Assembly: GCA_020184695.1 (NCBI GenBank)
Contig: JAANOX010000126.1
Location: 310,001 to 374,000 of the forward strand
From: Histomonas meleagridis 2922-C6/04-290x
Lineage: Eukaryota; Protista; Parabasalia
Length of the DNA: 64,000 bases
Reading direction: 5' to 3'
Shown here: in pieces, positions 11,731 through 23,019 of the stretch
How the letters are laid out: each line of letters opens with the position of its first letter
Position numbering within the stretch: position 1 is the first letter of the stretch
Program-made: the position numbers and the translations under genes
Notes under the pieces: model-generated
The model's input: the letters and a program-made list of their open reading frames with translations, nothing else
The model's database searches: none
What the model was told of the DNA's origin: nothing

Positions 11731-12271
11731 TTAGTGGATTTGTGTATATGACCATGAAATATGTATCTCTCCTCTTTAAAGTAAATGGATTTTTATATAC
11801 AATCTTTTGATTTAGGTAAAATTGTAAATAAATTGTGAGCGTTTTAAATTGTTTTTGTACAAATTGCAAATTAAGTGATCAAATTTCAAACAATGTTTTA
11901 TATCAGATCGAAAATTTATGATATGACAGTGGCGATTATTTATTATAACATGGTGTGATAGTTCATACAGAGGAAAAAAAAAATTTTTTTATGCCAAAAA
12001 TCCGGATTTTAGTTGACCGAACGATAGTAGAAACTGTTTCCCACAGAAAAAACTATCGTAATTTTGAAATTTCTTAGTCAAAATCAAACATCGTTAAAAA
12101 GTGAGGCACAAAAGTGCCAACGTTGTTTTCAGCTTGTTGATGGACCGCTAAGAAATGTGTACGTTTAAATTATAAACGATCGAATTATTCTATCGACCGA
12201 TATAATAATTTTTCATTTACCCACATTTTAACCGAAAAACAGTCTCAAATTTACCCGCATCGAATTAGGTT

Positions 12272-13624
12272 ATGAAAAAGTTATCCCGCAAAATTAGCAT
12301 TGAAATTTCAGAAAAGATTTTGTTGTCATTTGCGGAGTCCCATTGTTTTGATAACTTTACGGTGTTTACCCTCGCAAATACAAAATTGTCGAGTACACTT
12401 AGAGCTGATCGAAACCAAATTGAGGGATCTCAGAGAAAATTCTTAATCACCAATGAGCCCACTACTTCCCTTCAAGATATAAAGCCCAACGATTCATTCA
12501 ATCTTGAGATTATACTAAATATCTTTAATTACCTCAAAAATTTACAGCATCCAGAGAAAAAAGGTTACTACATATTTCTATACATGGTGATGGTCACAAA
12601 TCCAAACCAAGAATATCGTTCATATTCAATAGAAATTCTTCAAAAAATACTCAATTCAAAGCAGAATCATTCATTCAACCCAGTTTACTTTGCAAATGAT
12701 GACGCGTTTCAAGTTTTGCTAAAAACACTTGAAAAACCTTTAGTGTCACCAGAATATAATATCTCTTGGTTTATCATGAGGACTGTTTTTGAACTAACAG
12801 AAAGCCGCACGTTCATATCGTTGAGTATTTACTCACAGATATTTTGTTTTATTGCAAGCAATTTAATACATGCAGATATTTTAGATTCCATTTTTCTTCA
12901 AATTGACAAATTGCCCATTGAAATAATTCAGCAGTCATATCAGCTGATATATATGCTTCTTCAATGCCAAGATGTTAATTGTCAAATTCATGATTTGTTA
13001 TTAATCTCATACTTATGTGATAAGAATATCCCTGTTAATCCCTCTTTTGTTGAGCTTTGCTTCCGTAAATATTATGGGTCTGATAATGAGGATATCATTC
13101 GTTGTCTTCTTCGATTATTTCCTCATTTAGATACCAATTCTGAGTTAACCTATATCTTTTTCCAAGCGCTGCTTGGCTTGATAGATTTTAATACCAACAA
13201 CAACAGTACTCTCCGCTATGAAGCTCTTTTAGCTCTTTTTCAGTCTGTTAAAACTTGGCAAGAACCGCAAAAAAGTGAACTCGTGTCACTTTTACTAAAA
13301 AACATCGATAGATATTCATTTCGCGATTTATCTTTAGCGCTTTATTTAATTCTTAAGTTCTCTGACGTTCCTCCGAAAGAAATAGGTTTCTTTCATAAAT
13401 TAACAGAAGTTGTATGCTCACAAAATAATCTATTAGCTGAAATGTTGGATGGACTATATCGGTTCTTACTAAAAAACGAAGCAGGAGACAACACAGAAGT
13501 GATAAATACTTTAAAAGAAATAGAACCACTAATTGCTACAATGCAAGAAGATGAAAATGAAAATGTAGCTGAGCATGCAAAAGTATTATACCCTGTAATA
13601 CTTAATGTTTTAAATTATATGTAA
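12272..13624 (+). CDS. ARM/HEAT-like alpha-helical hypothetical protein
   Basis: 450-aa ORF, Leu/Ile-rich helical repeats, C-terminal DENENVAEHAKVL typical of ARM-repeat ends. Confidence 0.55.
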   Translation: MKKLSRKISIEISEKILLSFAESHCFDNFTVFTLANTKLSSTLRADRNQIEGSQRKFLITNEPTTSLQDIKPNDSFNLEIILNIFNYLKNLQHPEKKGYYIFLYMVMVTNPNQEYRSYSIEILQKILNSKQNHSFNPVYFANDDAFQVLLKTLEKPLVSPEYNISWFIMRTVFELTESRTFISLSIYSQIFCFIASNLIHADILDSIFLQIDKLPIEIIQQSYQLIYMLLQCQDVNCQIHDLLLISYLCDKNIPVNPSFVELCFRKYYGSDNEDIIRCLLRLFPHLDTNSELTYIFFQALLGLIDFNTNNNSTLRYEALLALFQSVKTWQEPQKSELVSLLLKNIDRYSFRDLSLALYLILKFSDVPPKEIGFFHKLTEVVCSQNNLLAEMLDGLYRFLLKNEAGDNTEVINTLKEIEPLIATMQEDENENVAEHAKVLYPVILNVLNYM

Positions 13625-13934
13625 GCAAAATAATAAATATGTTTCTATACATTTTAAGCATATTACAAAGTTATTTGTTTTGTAGTTTCCTGAAAATTTG
13701 GAAATTGGGGCACCCTTTAGGCAATTCAGAAATTTGGCATATTTACAAAAAGTGGTTTTTGAAAAAACCCTTTGAATTAACGGTCGAAAACCATTATTTT
13801 CTATTGAATATTTTGTATGAGATCAGTCAATATCAAAATCCAATCAAATCTTTGCATGAAATCAAAAAACAAATGTTAAATACATACAATTTTATTTCTA
13901 ACATCCACATACAAACAAATAAATCATATTAGTT

Positions 13935-14963
13935 CTAAAATGAAAGACAACTTAAAGTCAGCTTCCAATCTTCTGCCTTTTTCTTCAGCCACTTATTTTC
14001 AGCAATCTCATGGGCCTTAATTCGTTTCGTAGGGTCTCTTTCAAGCATTCTTTCTATGATTGCTTTAAATTGTTTTGGAAGAATAGGAAATTCAGGAAAT
14101 TTCAATTGGTTATTTTGAACGCATTTTGATATCAACGCTGTGTTATTCCATTGATGGTTACCCTGAATCTTGAGTGCTTCTTCCAAATTATATGGATATT
14201 TGCCAAATAATAATACAAATAATGTGACGCCAAGAGCCCAAATATCAGTGGCTTTAGGGTCGTACATATTGTTGGAAATCTCTGGAGCCATAAAAATAGA
14301 TGTTCCAACAATACCTGATAATTTATCTTCATCTGATGAAAGCTTAGAAGAAACCGAATAATCGCATAACATGAAGCCATCGTTCCAAATCAAAATGTTA
14401 CCCGGTTTGATGTCTCTGTGAACGATATTCCGCGAATGCATATGTGAGAGAGCTGATCCTATTTGAGATAAGAATAAAATTCCTGAGCAAACTGTAACAA
14501 CAGGTACGTTTTTCTGTGTAACGGACCCGTGCTTGGCAAGAGGCATAACAGTAATAATGGAATTGTTGTCTTTAAAACAATCGATTAATTTAATGCATCG
14601 TGGATGATCAAGATAATTTGAAATTTCGAATTCTCTTGGATAACCATTTGGTCCTAAATGTGGTTGTTCTCTGTATTTTTTGATTGCAAAATGTATTGAT
14701 GAATTTTCTGTTTTAAAACCTTCGAAAACAATTGCTTCTGCACCACTTCCAATAACTCTATTTATTGTATAACCAGTAATTTCTTCTATTTCAGTGGAAT
14801 ACATCGGATCTATTATTGGTTGTGAAATATCATCAACTAGGGAGGATGCAAAATCATCATAAAATCTGTTAATTGGATTTTCTATTGTAGACAACAAGGG
14901 ATGGACAGTAAATTCTTTGTAGGGCTGCTCTGCCTCCTTGTTGGCAGAAGCATTTCCTCCCAT
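13935..14963 (-). CDS. Ser/Thr protein kinase (CAMK-like) with probable N-myristoylation
   Basis: MGGNAS start; GSGAEAIV, AIKKY, HRDIKPGN, DYS in place of DFG, GTSIFMAPE, DIWALGV. Confidence 0.9.
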   Translation of the reverse strand: MGGNASANKEAEQPYKEFTVHPLLSTIENPINRFYDDFASSLVDDISQPIIDPMYSTEIEEITGYTINRVIGSGAEAIVFEGFKTENSSIHFAIKKYREQPHLGPNGYPREFEISNYLDHPRCIKLIDCFKDNNSIITVMPLAKHGSVTQKNVPVVTVCSGILFLSQIGSALSHMHSRNIVHRDIKPGNILIWNDGFMLCDYSVSSKLSSDEDKLSGIVGTSIFMAPEISNNMYDPKATDIWALGVTLFVLLFGKYPYNLEEALKIQGNHQWNNTALISKCVQNNQLKFPEFPILPKQFKAIIERMLERDPTKRIKAHEIAENKWLKKKAEDWKLTLSCLSF

Positions 14964-15320
14964 TGAAATCTAGAAATGTGATATGAAATAAAAAAATTCC
15001 GGTTTTACAATTGTAAAGTTTTTCAGATAATAACGAACAGCCCAGTATTCAAAAAAAATGTTTTTCCATAGAAAAATGTGAGCGAATTCAGAGGAATAGT
15101 TGCTTTGGTCCATTTGCACGCAATATTTCATATTTAAAAACTGATGTGAAAATTACCGATAACAAAGCTTAAGCTTTTTAAAAACGAATGTTTATTATAT
15201 TTTGTCATGAACAGTTATAAGAACCATTAATGATTTAGTTTTAAATTTGATTCTAACAGAAAAATACTCTTAGAAAGTTTCATTCTTATTTTAATAAAAC
15301 TTTTATTGGATATTCTTAAT

Positions 15321-18300
15321 TTATCCTTCAATATTTTCTATAAATTGTTCAAAAGTTGCCATGTGTCCAAGCAATGCAGATTTCATTAACTTATAAGCTG
15401 TTACAAATCTCTTTACTCTTATATCTTTTAATGTATTCAAATCAGTTTTCATATGTGACATTATTCTTCCTCCAATTGATAATACTTCATATAAAGATTT
15501 TTGTTTAGTTACCATTAAAATAATTGCTGCAGTTAAATGCGCTCCTTCGCCATATTCAGCAATAGCAGACAATGGTGCCAATGCACCTTTTTCTCTATAT
15601 ACTTCAATTAAAATGTATATGAACTCCAACACTGCCCATGATGCAGTAAAACCTTTCATCGTTTGAAAATCAAGTAAATTCGTTGAGACTTCTTTAAATT
15701 CATCAAGAGATTGTTTGATAAATTCTACTAATTGACGTATAACTGAAAGTAAAAATGGATGCACCACTTCATCTTCATGTGGCATCCATTCTATTCCTTC
15801 AATTGATTTTTGAACTTCTAAAAATTGTTTATCAAAAATATCGAAAATTTCTGGTGAGTTTGCATTTTGTATTTTATTATTAGGATGTCTACTAAGTACA
15901 AATGTTGATATTATTTTTGTTGATGAATTTTTAAGTTGACATGCTTCATCAATCATTTTACTAATGATGATTAGATTGCCAATACGTGACATACTATCTA
16001 ATACATTAAGAACATCATTATCTAAAACAAAATACCTATAAGCTCCTTCAAAACGATCAAAAGCTTGGTCACAACTCATATTAATTGGGTTATCTTTTAT
16101 ACGAATAAGCTTTCCATTGATTTTTTTGTAAAATTTAATAAAAACATTATATAACTCAGTTAGTGTATTAAGAAGTTGTGATTGAAGTATTGGTATTGAA
16201 CCATCATTTAAAAGCCAAAATAATTCACGGAAATTTTCAACAGTAACAAACATTGATGAATTAAATAAAATTTCCGTCATTAATGTTCCAACATTACCAA
16301 TATATAAACTTGATATATCTACATTAGGTTGTTTCTTTGGGATAAGTCGATTTGGATTTGTAAGTAAATAAAAGTCTTTGATTAATTTGTTATTCATATG
16401 TTCACTAATATTAAACAATAATAAAGATTGAAAAGAGTTTGGCGTATCTGAAGAAATAGCTCTACTAAATAATTCATCAAAAGGCATAATCGGAAGTCCA
16501 AAATTAAGAAACATTGAATGTGTATTAAAAAGAATTTTTAATAAATGTGAAACTGATATTATAGAAAGAACTCCAAATTTCTCAGTAATACCCAAAATTT
16601 TTGTTATTTCTTGATCAAATAATTCATTAAGACGTTCGGCAATATTTGTTTTTGTATCAACTTGACAACCTAAAATACATAATTGGTTTTGATGCAAAAT
16701 GTTACCAATATGAAAAGCTATTGTGTTTTCTTTAAGTACTAAAGATCCTGGAGTACGTTTTTTATTTATATATTTTTTCATTGGATATGTTAAATATTGA
16801 ATTGATGCATATTTTTTTATTGAATGAAAAGCTGAATCAGTAATTAATCTAACAATTGTCATTACACAAATTTTTGCTTCTTCTTTAATTTCTTCATAAA
16901 TAAACTGTGATTTCAAATATTTTAATGCACATGATGCTGCATCATCATAGATAGATAATGGATAAAATATAGCATTTGTTAATTCAGTATTATAATAATT
17001 CTTTATTGCATAATCAGATAAAATAACTGGCAATGATGTAGTAACAGGGAAAAATGAAACTTCATGTAAACCTAAATAATGTTCTTTAAAATATAAATTT
17101 GATTGATCAAATACGATATCAATTGTCTCTTGTAATTTTAATAAACAATTAAAATATTTTGTATCTTCAAGAAATTGTTCAAACTCTTTTTTGTCTTCTG
17201 AACTTAATAAAGCACTTGAAAAAATTCCCGTTTTCTCATAAAATTCACTTTCAGGATTAATAAAATTCTGTATTTGAACTTGCAAAAGTTCTATGATTGA
17301 TATGTGTGGAGAACAATCTGTAAATTTAGGTTTTATTTTTCCATATTTCTTCTTTTCTTTGATTTCTAAATCTGATTCATTTAAATTCCCTATTAAACAT
17401 CGCATTTTTTCCATGATAACACCAAATGTTGATCTAATTTTTTCATTTCTTATTATTGAAATAGGCATTTTATTATATGCAAAGTTTTGAAGATAATTCT
17501 GTATGTAAGATGCTATAGATTTCATTAAAAGAGGTAAATTTAGTTGAATTAATTCCTTTGTAGATCTTAAAATGTAAATAATTAAAAGCAAAAGATTTAA
17601 ATCATTTTTAAGTCCAATTTTCATTGATCTTTGAAAAGGAGTCATTTTTTGTCCTTCCTCTGTATTTGGAGCTACTGGTGGATTTGATAATACTTGTGAA
17701 AGTTTTTGTCGTATTGTATTTAAAGTTGATGAAACATGATGTAAAATCTTTATTAAAAACTTAAAAATTTTCTCATCAATACTTAAAGATTTTTTTTTCG
17801 AAATCAATATTGTTATAAGATGTGTAAGTTCATTAAAGTTTGTTTTTGATTGCATCATTAAAGTTTCTAGTGAAATAGGTTTGTAATGCAAAGGAGTTAC
17901 GCTTGATTTTGAATTGATTTTTGTAAGTGCATCTTTTGGGATATTAAAAGTGATATCAGTTGCAAACTCAAATAACAAAAGAAGATTTGGATAATACATA
18001 ATTAATTTTTGTATAAGATATTTGTGATCATCATGAAATGCTTTAAAAATTGCTTTTCGTTTTTTCTTTTTCGTATTTTTTATTTCCATATTTTCTTTTT
18101 CAATCTGTTTATCATATACACGATAAAAGAATATCAATGCATTAATGTATGAATAAAACATATCAGGATAAATATAAGAATCTTCATCAATCTTTCGACG
18201 AATATATCTATAGAATATATTAAATAAATTTAACATATGTTGTGAATCATCAATGCATTTAAGTTTTTCTAGAATTGTACTTGATATAATTCTTGTATCA

Positions 18301-18947
18301 GCAATCCACATACGGATAATTTGAACATCTTGAGATAAGTTTCGATCATCAATAATTTTTAGATATGAAGAAATATCATTTGCAAGTCCTTTTTTGGATG
18401 GTGCTATTTGTTCAAGAGCTGTAATTTTAAATAAAAGAAGGCAAATTTTATCAAGCAAAATATCAGAATAAAATCCTTTCTTCCAAAAATCAATATTTGC
18501 AAAGAAAATTGCAATTTCACTTGAAATTTGAGTACAATCTTCTTGAACCTTATTAAGGAACTCAAGTAATGGATCTAACAATGAATGTGCTGCTGCTTTT
18601 GCTTGTGAAGATTGAAATTCATTTGGTGTAGTAGTAATTCCTTGAAATTGTTTTATTTTTTCAATATAATTAAGAAGTGGAGGCGATTTTGGTCTTAGTG
18701 CATATAATTTAGCTAAAAATGAATCAATTATTTTAATTCCATAAGAAATTTCTTCAATCATTTTAATACATTGAGTTGCTGGTAAATTTGATTTTAGTGA
18801 GAGATAACGTTTTGATTGTTCATTTGGAATTTTTATGAATTCAGTTAATGGTACAGATCGAGAAACAGTTTCTACAATTATATTTTTTCGAAGAGTATTC
18901 CAATTATTGATTTCCTGTGAAGGAGGAATTGATATTGGGGGAAGCAT
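15321..18947 (-). CDS. CYFIP: CYFIP/Sra-1/PIR121 (WAVE regulatory complex subunit)
   Basis: 1208 aa. SNLYFKEHYL, FFPVTTSLPVILSDY and FYPLSIYDDAASCALKYLKSQFIYEEIKEEAKIC align with the CYFIP conserved blocks (QLWFREFFL, QFPIEMSMPWILTDH, LDLYNDSAHYAL..F.KQFLYDEIEAEVNLC). Confidence 0.8.
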   Translation of the reverse strand: MLPPISIPPSQEINNWNTLRKNIIVETVSRSVPLTEFIKIPNEQSKRYLSLKSNLPATQCIKMIEEISYGIKIIDSFLAKLYALRPKSPPLLNYIEKIKQFQGITTTPNEFQSSQAKAAAHSLLDPLLEFLNKVQEDCTQISSEIAIFFANIDFWKKGFYSDILLDKICLLLFKITALEQIAPSKKGLANDISSYLKIIDDRNLSQDVQIIRMWIADTRIISSTILEKLKCIDDSQHMLNLFNIFYRYIRRKIDEDSYIYPDMFYSYINALIFFYRVYDKQIEKENMEIKNTKKKKRKAIFKAFHDDHKYLIQKLIMYYPNLLLLFEFATDITFNIPKDALTKINSKSSVTPLHYKPISLETLMMQSKTNFNELTHLITILISKKKSLSIDEKIFKFLIKILHHVSSTLNTIRQKLSQVLSNPPVAPNTEEGQKMTPFQRSMKIGLKNDLNLLLLIIYILRSTKELIQLNLPLLMKSIASYIQNYLQNFAYNKMPISIIRNEKIRSTFGVIMEKMRCLIGNLNESDLEIKEKKKYGKIKPKFTDCSPHISIIELLQVQIQNFINPESEFYEKTGIFSSALLSSEDKKEFEQFLEDTKYFNCLLKLQETIDIVFDQSNLYFKEHYLGLHEVSFFPVTTSLPVILSDYAIKNYYNTELTNAIFYPLSIYDDAASCALKYLKSQFIYEEIKEEAKICVMTIVRLITDSAFHSIKKYASIQYLTYPMKKYINKKRTPGSLVLKENTIAFHIGNILHQNQLCILGCQVDTKTNIAERLNELFDQEITKILGITEKFGVLSIISVSHLLKILFNTHSMFLNFGLPIMPFDELFSRAISSDTPNSFQSLLLFNISEHMNNKLIKDFYLLTNPNRLIPKKQPNVDISSLYIGNVGTLMTEILFNSSMFVTVENFRELFWLLNDGSIPILQSQLLNTLTELYNVFIKFYKKINGKLIRIKDNPINMSCDQAFDRFEGAYRYFVLDNDVLNVLDSMSRIGNLIIISKMIDEACQLKNSSTKIISTFVLSRHPNNKIQNANSPEIFDIFDKQFLEVQKSIEGIEWMPHEDEVVHPFLLSVIRQLVEFIKQSLDEFKEVSTNLLDFQTMKGFTASWAVLEFIYILIEVYREKGALAPLSAIAEYGEGAHLTAAIILMVTKQKSLYEVLSIGGRIMSHMKTDLNTLKDIRVKRFVTAYKLMKSALLGHMATFEQFIENIEG

Positions 18948-19465
18948 TAATTTTTATAAATTGTATAAATTTTTACAGTGAATTTCTCTAAAAAACTATT
19001 ATGAGTTTTCAAAAGATTAATCGGGAAAATGGCACTTTATCACTTTTTATTTTAACTTTCTTCAAAATTGACGTTAAAACTCTTAAAGTAAACACAAAGA
19101 AAAATTAATAAATTTATTTTAAATACACTTATTTTTGATGTTTTCAATGTGGAACTTATATTCTCATTTGTTTTTTATAACTATGAATTAACAATATATA
19201 AATTTTAAAATCATTGATCTTTATGAAACATCATAAACATTTGAAACAAAGCTTTGTAATAGGATATTATCAAAATTGTTAATACATTAATGAAAGATTG
19301 CACTTATTACGATATAAATTAATTACTAATTGATTGCAAATTTATATGAAAATCAATTTTTTTTGTCATTTAAAACAAAATTATGAATTTTTTTCCATTT
19401 AATCAATTAAATTTATAATTAAAAAACGAAAATTTGAAAATTCCAGAATTTATTTTTGTGATCAA

Positions 19466-20080
19466 TTAGCAACAAAAACTATTGTTCTGTTGTTCATTAA
19501 CATTCAGATCAACTGAAGATGGTCTTTCAGTTGCTCTTGGCTTTGTGCCACGAATCCTTATTAACAATTCGGTGAATGCATTTTGGATTTGATCAGAATT
19601 TTTGGCACTTGTTTCAATAAACATTGTTGAAAGTGATTTTGCAAGTTCTTCGCCTTTCTCGCGCGGGATAATTTTGCTTGGATCTGCTTTGTCACGAAGA
19701 TCAATTTTATTTCCTACAATCATTGTTTGATATGCTGAATTTGAGTGAAGCTCAAGCTGAGGGATCCAGTATTCTTTAATGTTTTCAAGAGTCTTAATGT
19801 CAGTAATATCATAAACGACAATAACTCCATCTACATTTCGATAGAATTGTTTTGTAAGGGTTCTATATTTTTCTTGTCCAGCTGTATCCCATATTGCCAA
19901 TTTAATGCGTACACCATCGACTTCTATGATTTTTGGTTGAAATCCAATTCCGACTGTTGGTTGACATTCTTCTTCAAAAAGATCTTTACAATAGCGATTT
20001 ATTATTGAGGTCTTACCAACATTACTGTCTCCAAGAAGGATAATTTTATATGATTCTTGGTAGTCCTGGTTTTCTTCCAT
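19466..20080 (-). CDS. Rab-family small GTPase (Rab18-like)
   Basis: GDSNVGKT, KLAIWDTAGQEKYRTL, GNKID, ETSAK and C-terminal FCC prenylation site. ATG at 20080; the ORF track starts at an upstream TTG. Confidence 0.9.
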   Translation of the reverse strand: MEENQDYQESYKIILLGDSNVGKTSIINRYCKDLFEEECQPTVGIGFQPKIIEVDGVRIKLAIWDTAGQEKYRTLTKQFYRNVDGVIVVYDITDIKTLENIKEYWIPQLELHSNSAYQTMIVGNKIDLRDKADPSKIIPREKGEELAKSLSTMFIETSAKNSDQIQNAFTELLIRIRGTKPRATERPSSVDLNVNEQQNNSFCC

Positions 20081-21026
20081 CTGAATCAATGATCGGTATG
20101 TTTGGCAGTTTTTGGAAGGAACCAAAAAAAAGAAAAATTTTGCATTTTGGCAAAAATTACTTGAAAAAATAACATTTTAAAATGAATTTTTAAGCTCCAA
20201 AATCTTGATATTATACAGTTAAGAACAAAACATGAAGATATTATATATTTTTTTACATAGAACCCACATTTTCGATGTTTGGCCGCATGTTTGGGCAATT
20301 TCCTGAATGAAAATGAAATGTCTCATAGAAAATATTGAATGCTGACATTTTGTATAAAAATAAACTATAGAAAAACATAAAAATCGCACTTTTATTAAAA
20401 ATTGCAGCTAAAATTGTACAAAATGTGATATTACAAATTTTACAATTTTATTTTGCTCAATGAAGACAATTCTCCATTTCTGAGAATTTGCCACATAAGG
20501 TAGGGGCTGCGGAGTGTGCCTCCCCAGCAACGACGACCCTATTCTTCTGGTAAATCACGATGCATTGGAGATAATTCTGAGAGTTAAAGATTTTTTTAAG
20601 TTGTTTATTAGTGTAAAGTTTACAATTTTTAAAGGTGTCTTAATGTCACTTTTTGCGTTCATTTTAAAATTTATTTTCATGCTGTTTGTTGTTGATTACG
20701 AATTATTTACTGTACAAAGCATTTTTATTTTAATTTTTTCAGCAAAATTTAGAATTTGAAAAAAAATTATACAAATTTAAAGAGTTCTTTGATTTTTGTT
20801 TTAGCAAAACTCATTAATTCTTTTGTTTGGAATACAACCTGCATATGTCATGTGGATTGAATAAATCGTTGTCTTCAAAAGATAAATTCTGCTTCAAGTA
20901 ACTACTCTTTTTGTAAGTCAATTTGGATTGAAAGAAGTCTATCAAAAATTTAAATATATATTTTAAATATTTTACATCTTGTTAAGGGTGCCCCTTAATG
21001 ACAAACGAGAGAAGGATTTTTTAGAA

Positions 21027-22310
21027 ATGAATCTTTTTGTACAAATTGTTGAAGCAAAGGACCTTCCCTCCATGGATATGAATGGAAAATCTGATCCGTA
21101 CTGTAAAGCATATCTTTCAGGTCAAGAGAAACACAAACAATCAACAAAAGTAATAGAAAAAACACTTAATCCAATTTGGAACGAACTTCTCGTGTTTGAC
21201 CTTTCAGGGACTTCCAAAAATTCATGCCTTTGCATCGATATGAAAGATAAAGATCTTATCACTTCTGAACGAATTTCATCAATCAAAATCCAACTTAATT
21301 CGATCACCCCGAACAAGGTGGCCGAACTATGGCTTTCTATGACGCCATACAAAGGCGTCAAAAAAGGAGGCAATCTACATGTTATTCTTCATGTAGCACC
21401 AAAAGGCTCAAAGCCATTTGTTGAGATTCCAGAAGTTCCACCACCATCACAGCCAATAACAGAAGATTCACCAAATCCACAGCAATCAAATACAGAGGAA
21501 GCATCCTCTCCAAATACATCTGAACCACAGCAAAATGATTCTCCAGAAATCACCCAAACCATCGAAACCACAGAACCCACTGATCAGCCACAGGAAAATA
21601 CGCAAGATTTAGACAAATCAAATGATAAATTATCCACTGAAGCAATTCAACCTGAAACATCCACTACTCCCTCTTTTCAAGCAGAACCCCCACCAGATGT
21701 TGAGCAAAAACCAGAATTTGATTTTTCCAAGTATAATATCTATATAATTTGTTTTACACCAGATGACATCAGTAACTCCACTGCTCGTATGCTGTGCGAT
21801 AGCATCTCACACAAACTTACAGACAAAGGCTGCAACACGCTTTTCGTTCCCATCTGCTCATCGTTAACCGACTGCAAAGAAATTCTAAACGTTCTCCAAA
21901 AAGACGATAAGGCTTTGATGCTTCAAATCGGGTCAACAGAGACCACGAAGCGCATTAAAGTTGTTGCTGAAGCTTTCAACGAAACGAACTTCGTTGTACC
22001 AGATGTCCAAGATAATTCACCAATTGGCGAGAAGATATTTGACGATATGGAATTGGGTCAAGTAATACCAAATGAAATAGATTTGGAAAGTATTATAGCA
22101 TCTACAAGTTGTCCATTCAAATTGTATCATGACCAGGATAGATACCTATTTAATTATCTTTATGCACTTGGGTTAAGATCTGTAGGAAATGTTGTCGGGG
22201 GTTGCGTATTTATACAGGTGCCGTCGTTCGATGATATACCAATTAACTTGCAGATTTCTTTTGTGTTTGAGTTGATTGAAAAGCTTCTTCAATTGCCGCA
22301 ATTTAATTAA
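21027..22310 (+). CDS. C2-domain protein with acidic linker and C-terminal pyroglutamyl-peptidase(C15)-like domain, probably inactive
   Basis: C2: VQIVEAKDLPSMDMNGKSDPYC...KTLNPIWNE...DKDLITSERI. The C-terminal region resembles Pcp (NETNFVVPD, DRYLFNYLY, VFIQVP) without the catalytic Cys/His. Confidence 0.75.
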   Translation: MNLFVQIVEAKDLPSMDMNGKSDPYCKAYLSGQEKHKQSTKVIEKTLNPIWNELLVFDLSGTSKNSCLCIDMKDKDLITSERISSIKIQLNSITPNKVAELWLSMTPYKGVKKGGNLHVILHVAPKGSKPFVEIPEVPPPSQPITEDSPNPQQSNTEEASSPNTSEPQQNDSPEITQTIETTEPTDQPQENTQDLDKSNDKLSTEAIQPETSTTPSFQAEPPPDVEQKPEFDFSKYNIYIICFTPDDISNSTARMLCDSISHKLTDKGCNTLFVPICSSLTDCKEILNVLQKDDKALMLQIGSTETTKRIKVVAEAFNETNFVVPDVQDNSPIGEKIFDDMELGQVIPNEIDLESIIASTSCPFKLYHDQDRYLFNYLYALGLRSVGNVVGGCVFIQVPSFDDIPINLQISFVFELIEKLLQLPQFN

Positions 22311-23019
22311 AAATATTTTTCAGATTTTACAAGATGATTTTTTGAATTGAATTTTTTTTATTCAATTTTGATCAATGCGAAACGACAATTATCACATTCA
22401 ATTTTTTTAATTTAATTTTATATGATACAAAACGGCACTTATTTTATTCAATTTTATTAATTTAATTTCACTTGGCGTAGAGAGTCACTACTTATCGAAA
22501 AAAAATTTTAAAGCATAAACTATACAATATCGTTTCTATCGTTATGTAAAATTTACAAAAAGTCGAGTGAAAAAAATAAATGATCAGTGATCATAAGCAC
22601 GTTAAAAATGTCACTTTTAGGTGGTTTCCGATAAAATTCTACTCAAAATCTCTGATCGGAAAGAAAAAAAAAATGATCAATGATAAAAAGGGGAGCTATT
22701 GAGATTCCATACAAATATTTTGTATTATGGGACTAAAAATAATAAGGTGTACTCAATAGATTTCCATTAAACTTTAAGAGAAAATAATACTATGAATAAT
22801 AATTAATTTTTTGTTGTTATGAATTTTTCATCATTTTTTTCACAAAAATTATCAAATTATATGAAAATCATACAATGAAATATGATATAAAATATTCTAT
22901 TTATCAAATTTTGATTCATATATTAAATAATATTAATCAAATGAAATGCGTTAATAATAATATATGAAAACAAACTGAATTTAGGAAATGTTTATTTCAA
23001 TATTTAAATATTAACTCTT

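Noticed and set aside
22691-22765. Imperfect nested inverted repeat (CTATTGAG...CTCAATAG)
   Set aside because: Short, imperfect and single-copy in the window; cannot be distinguished from chance or a MITE relic.
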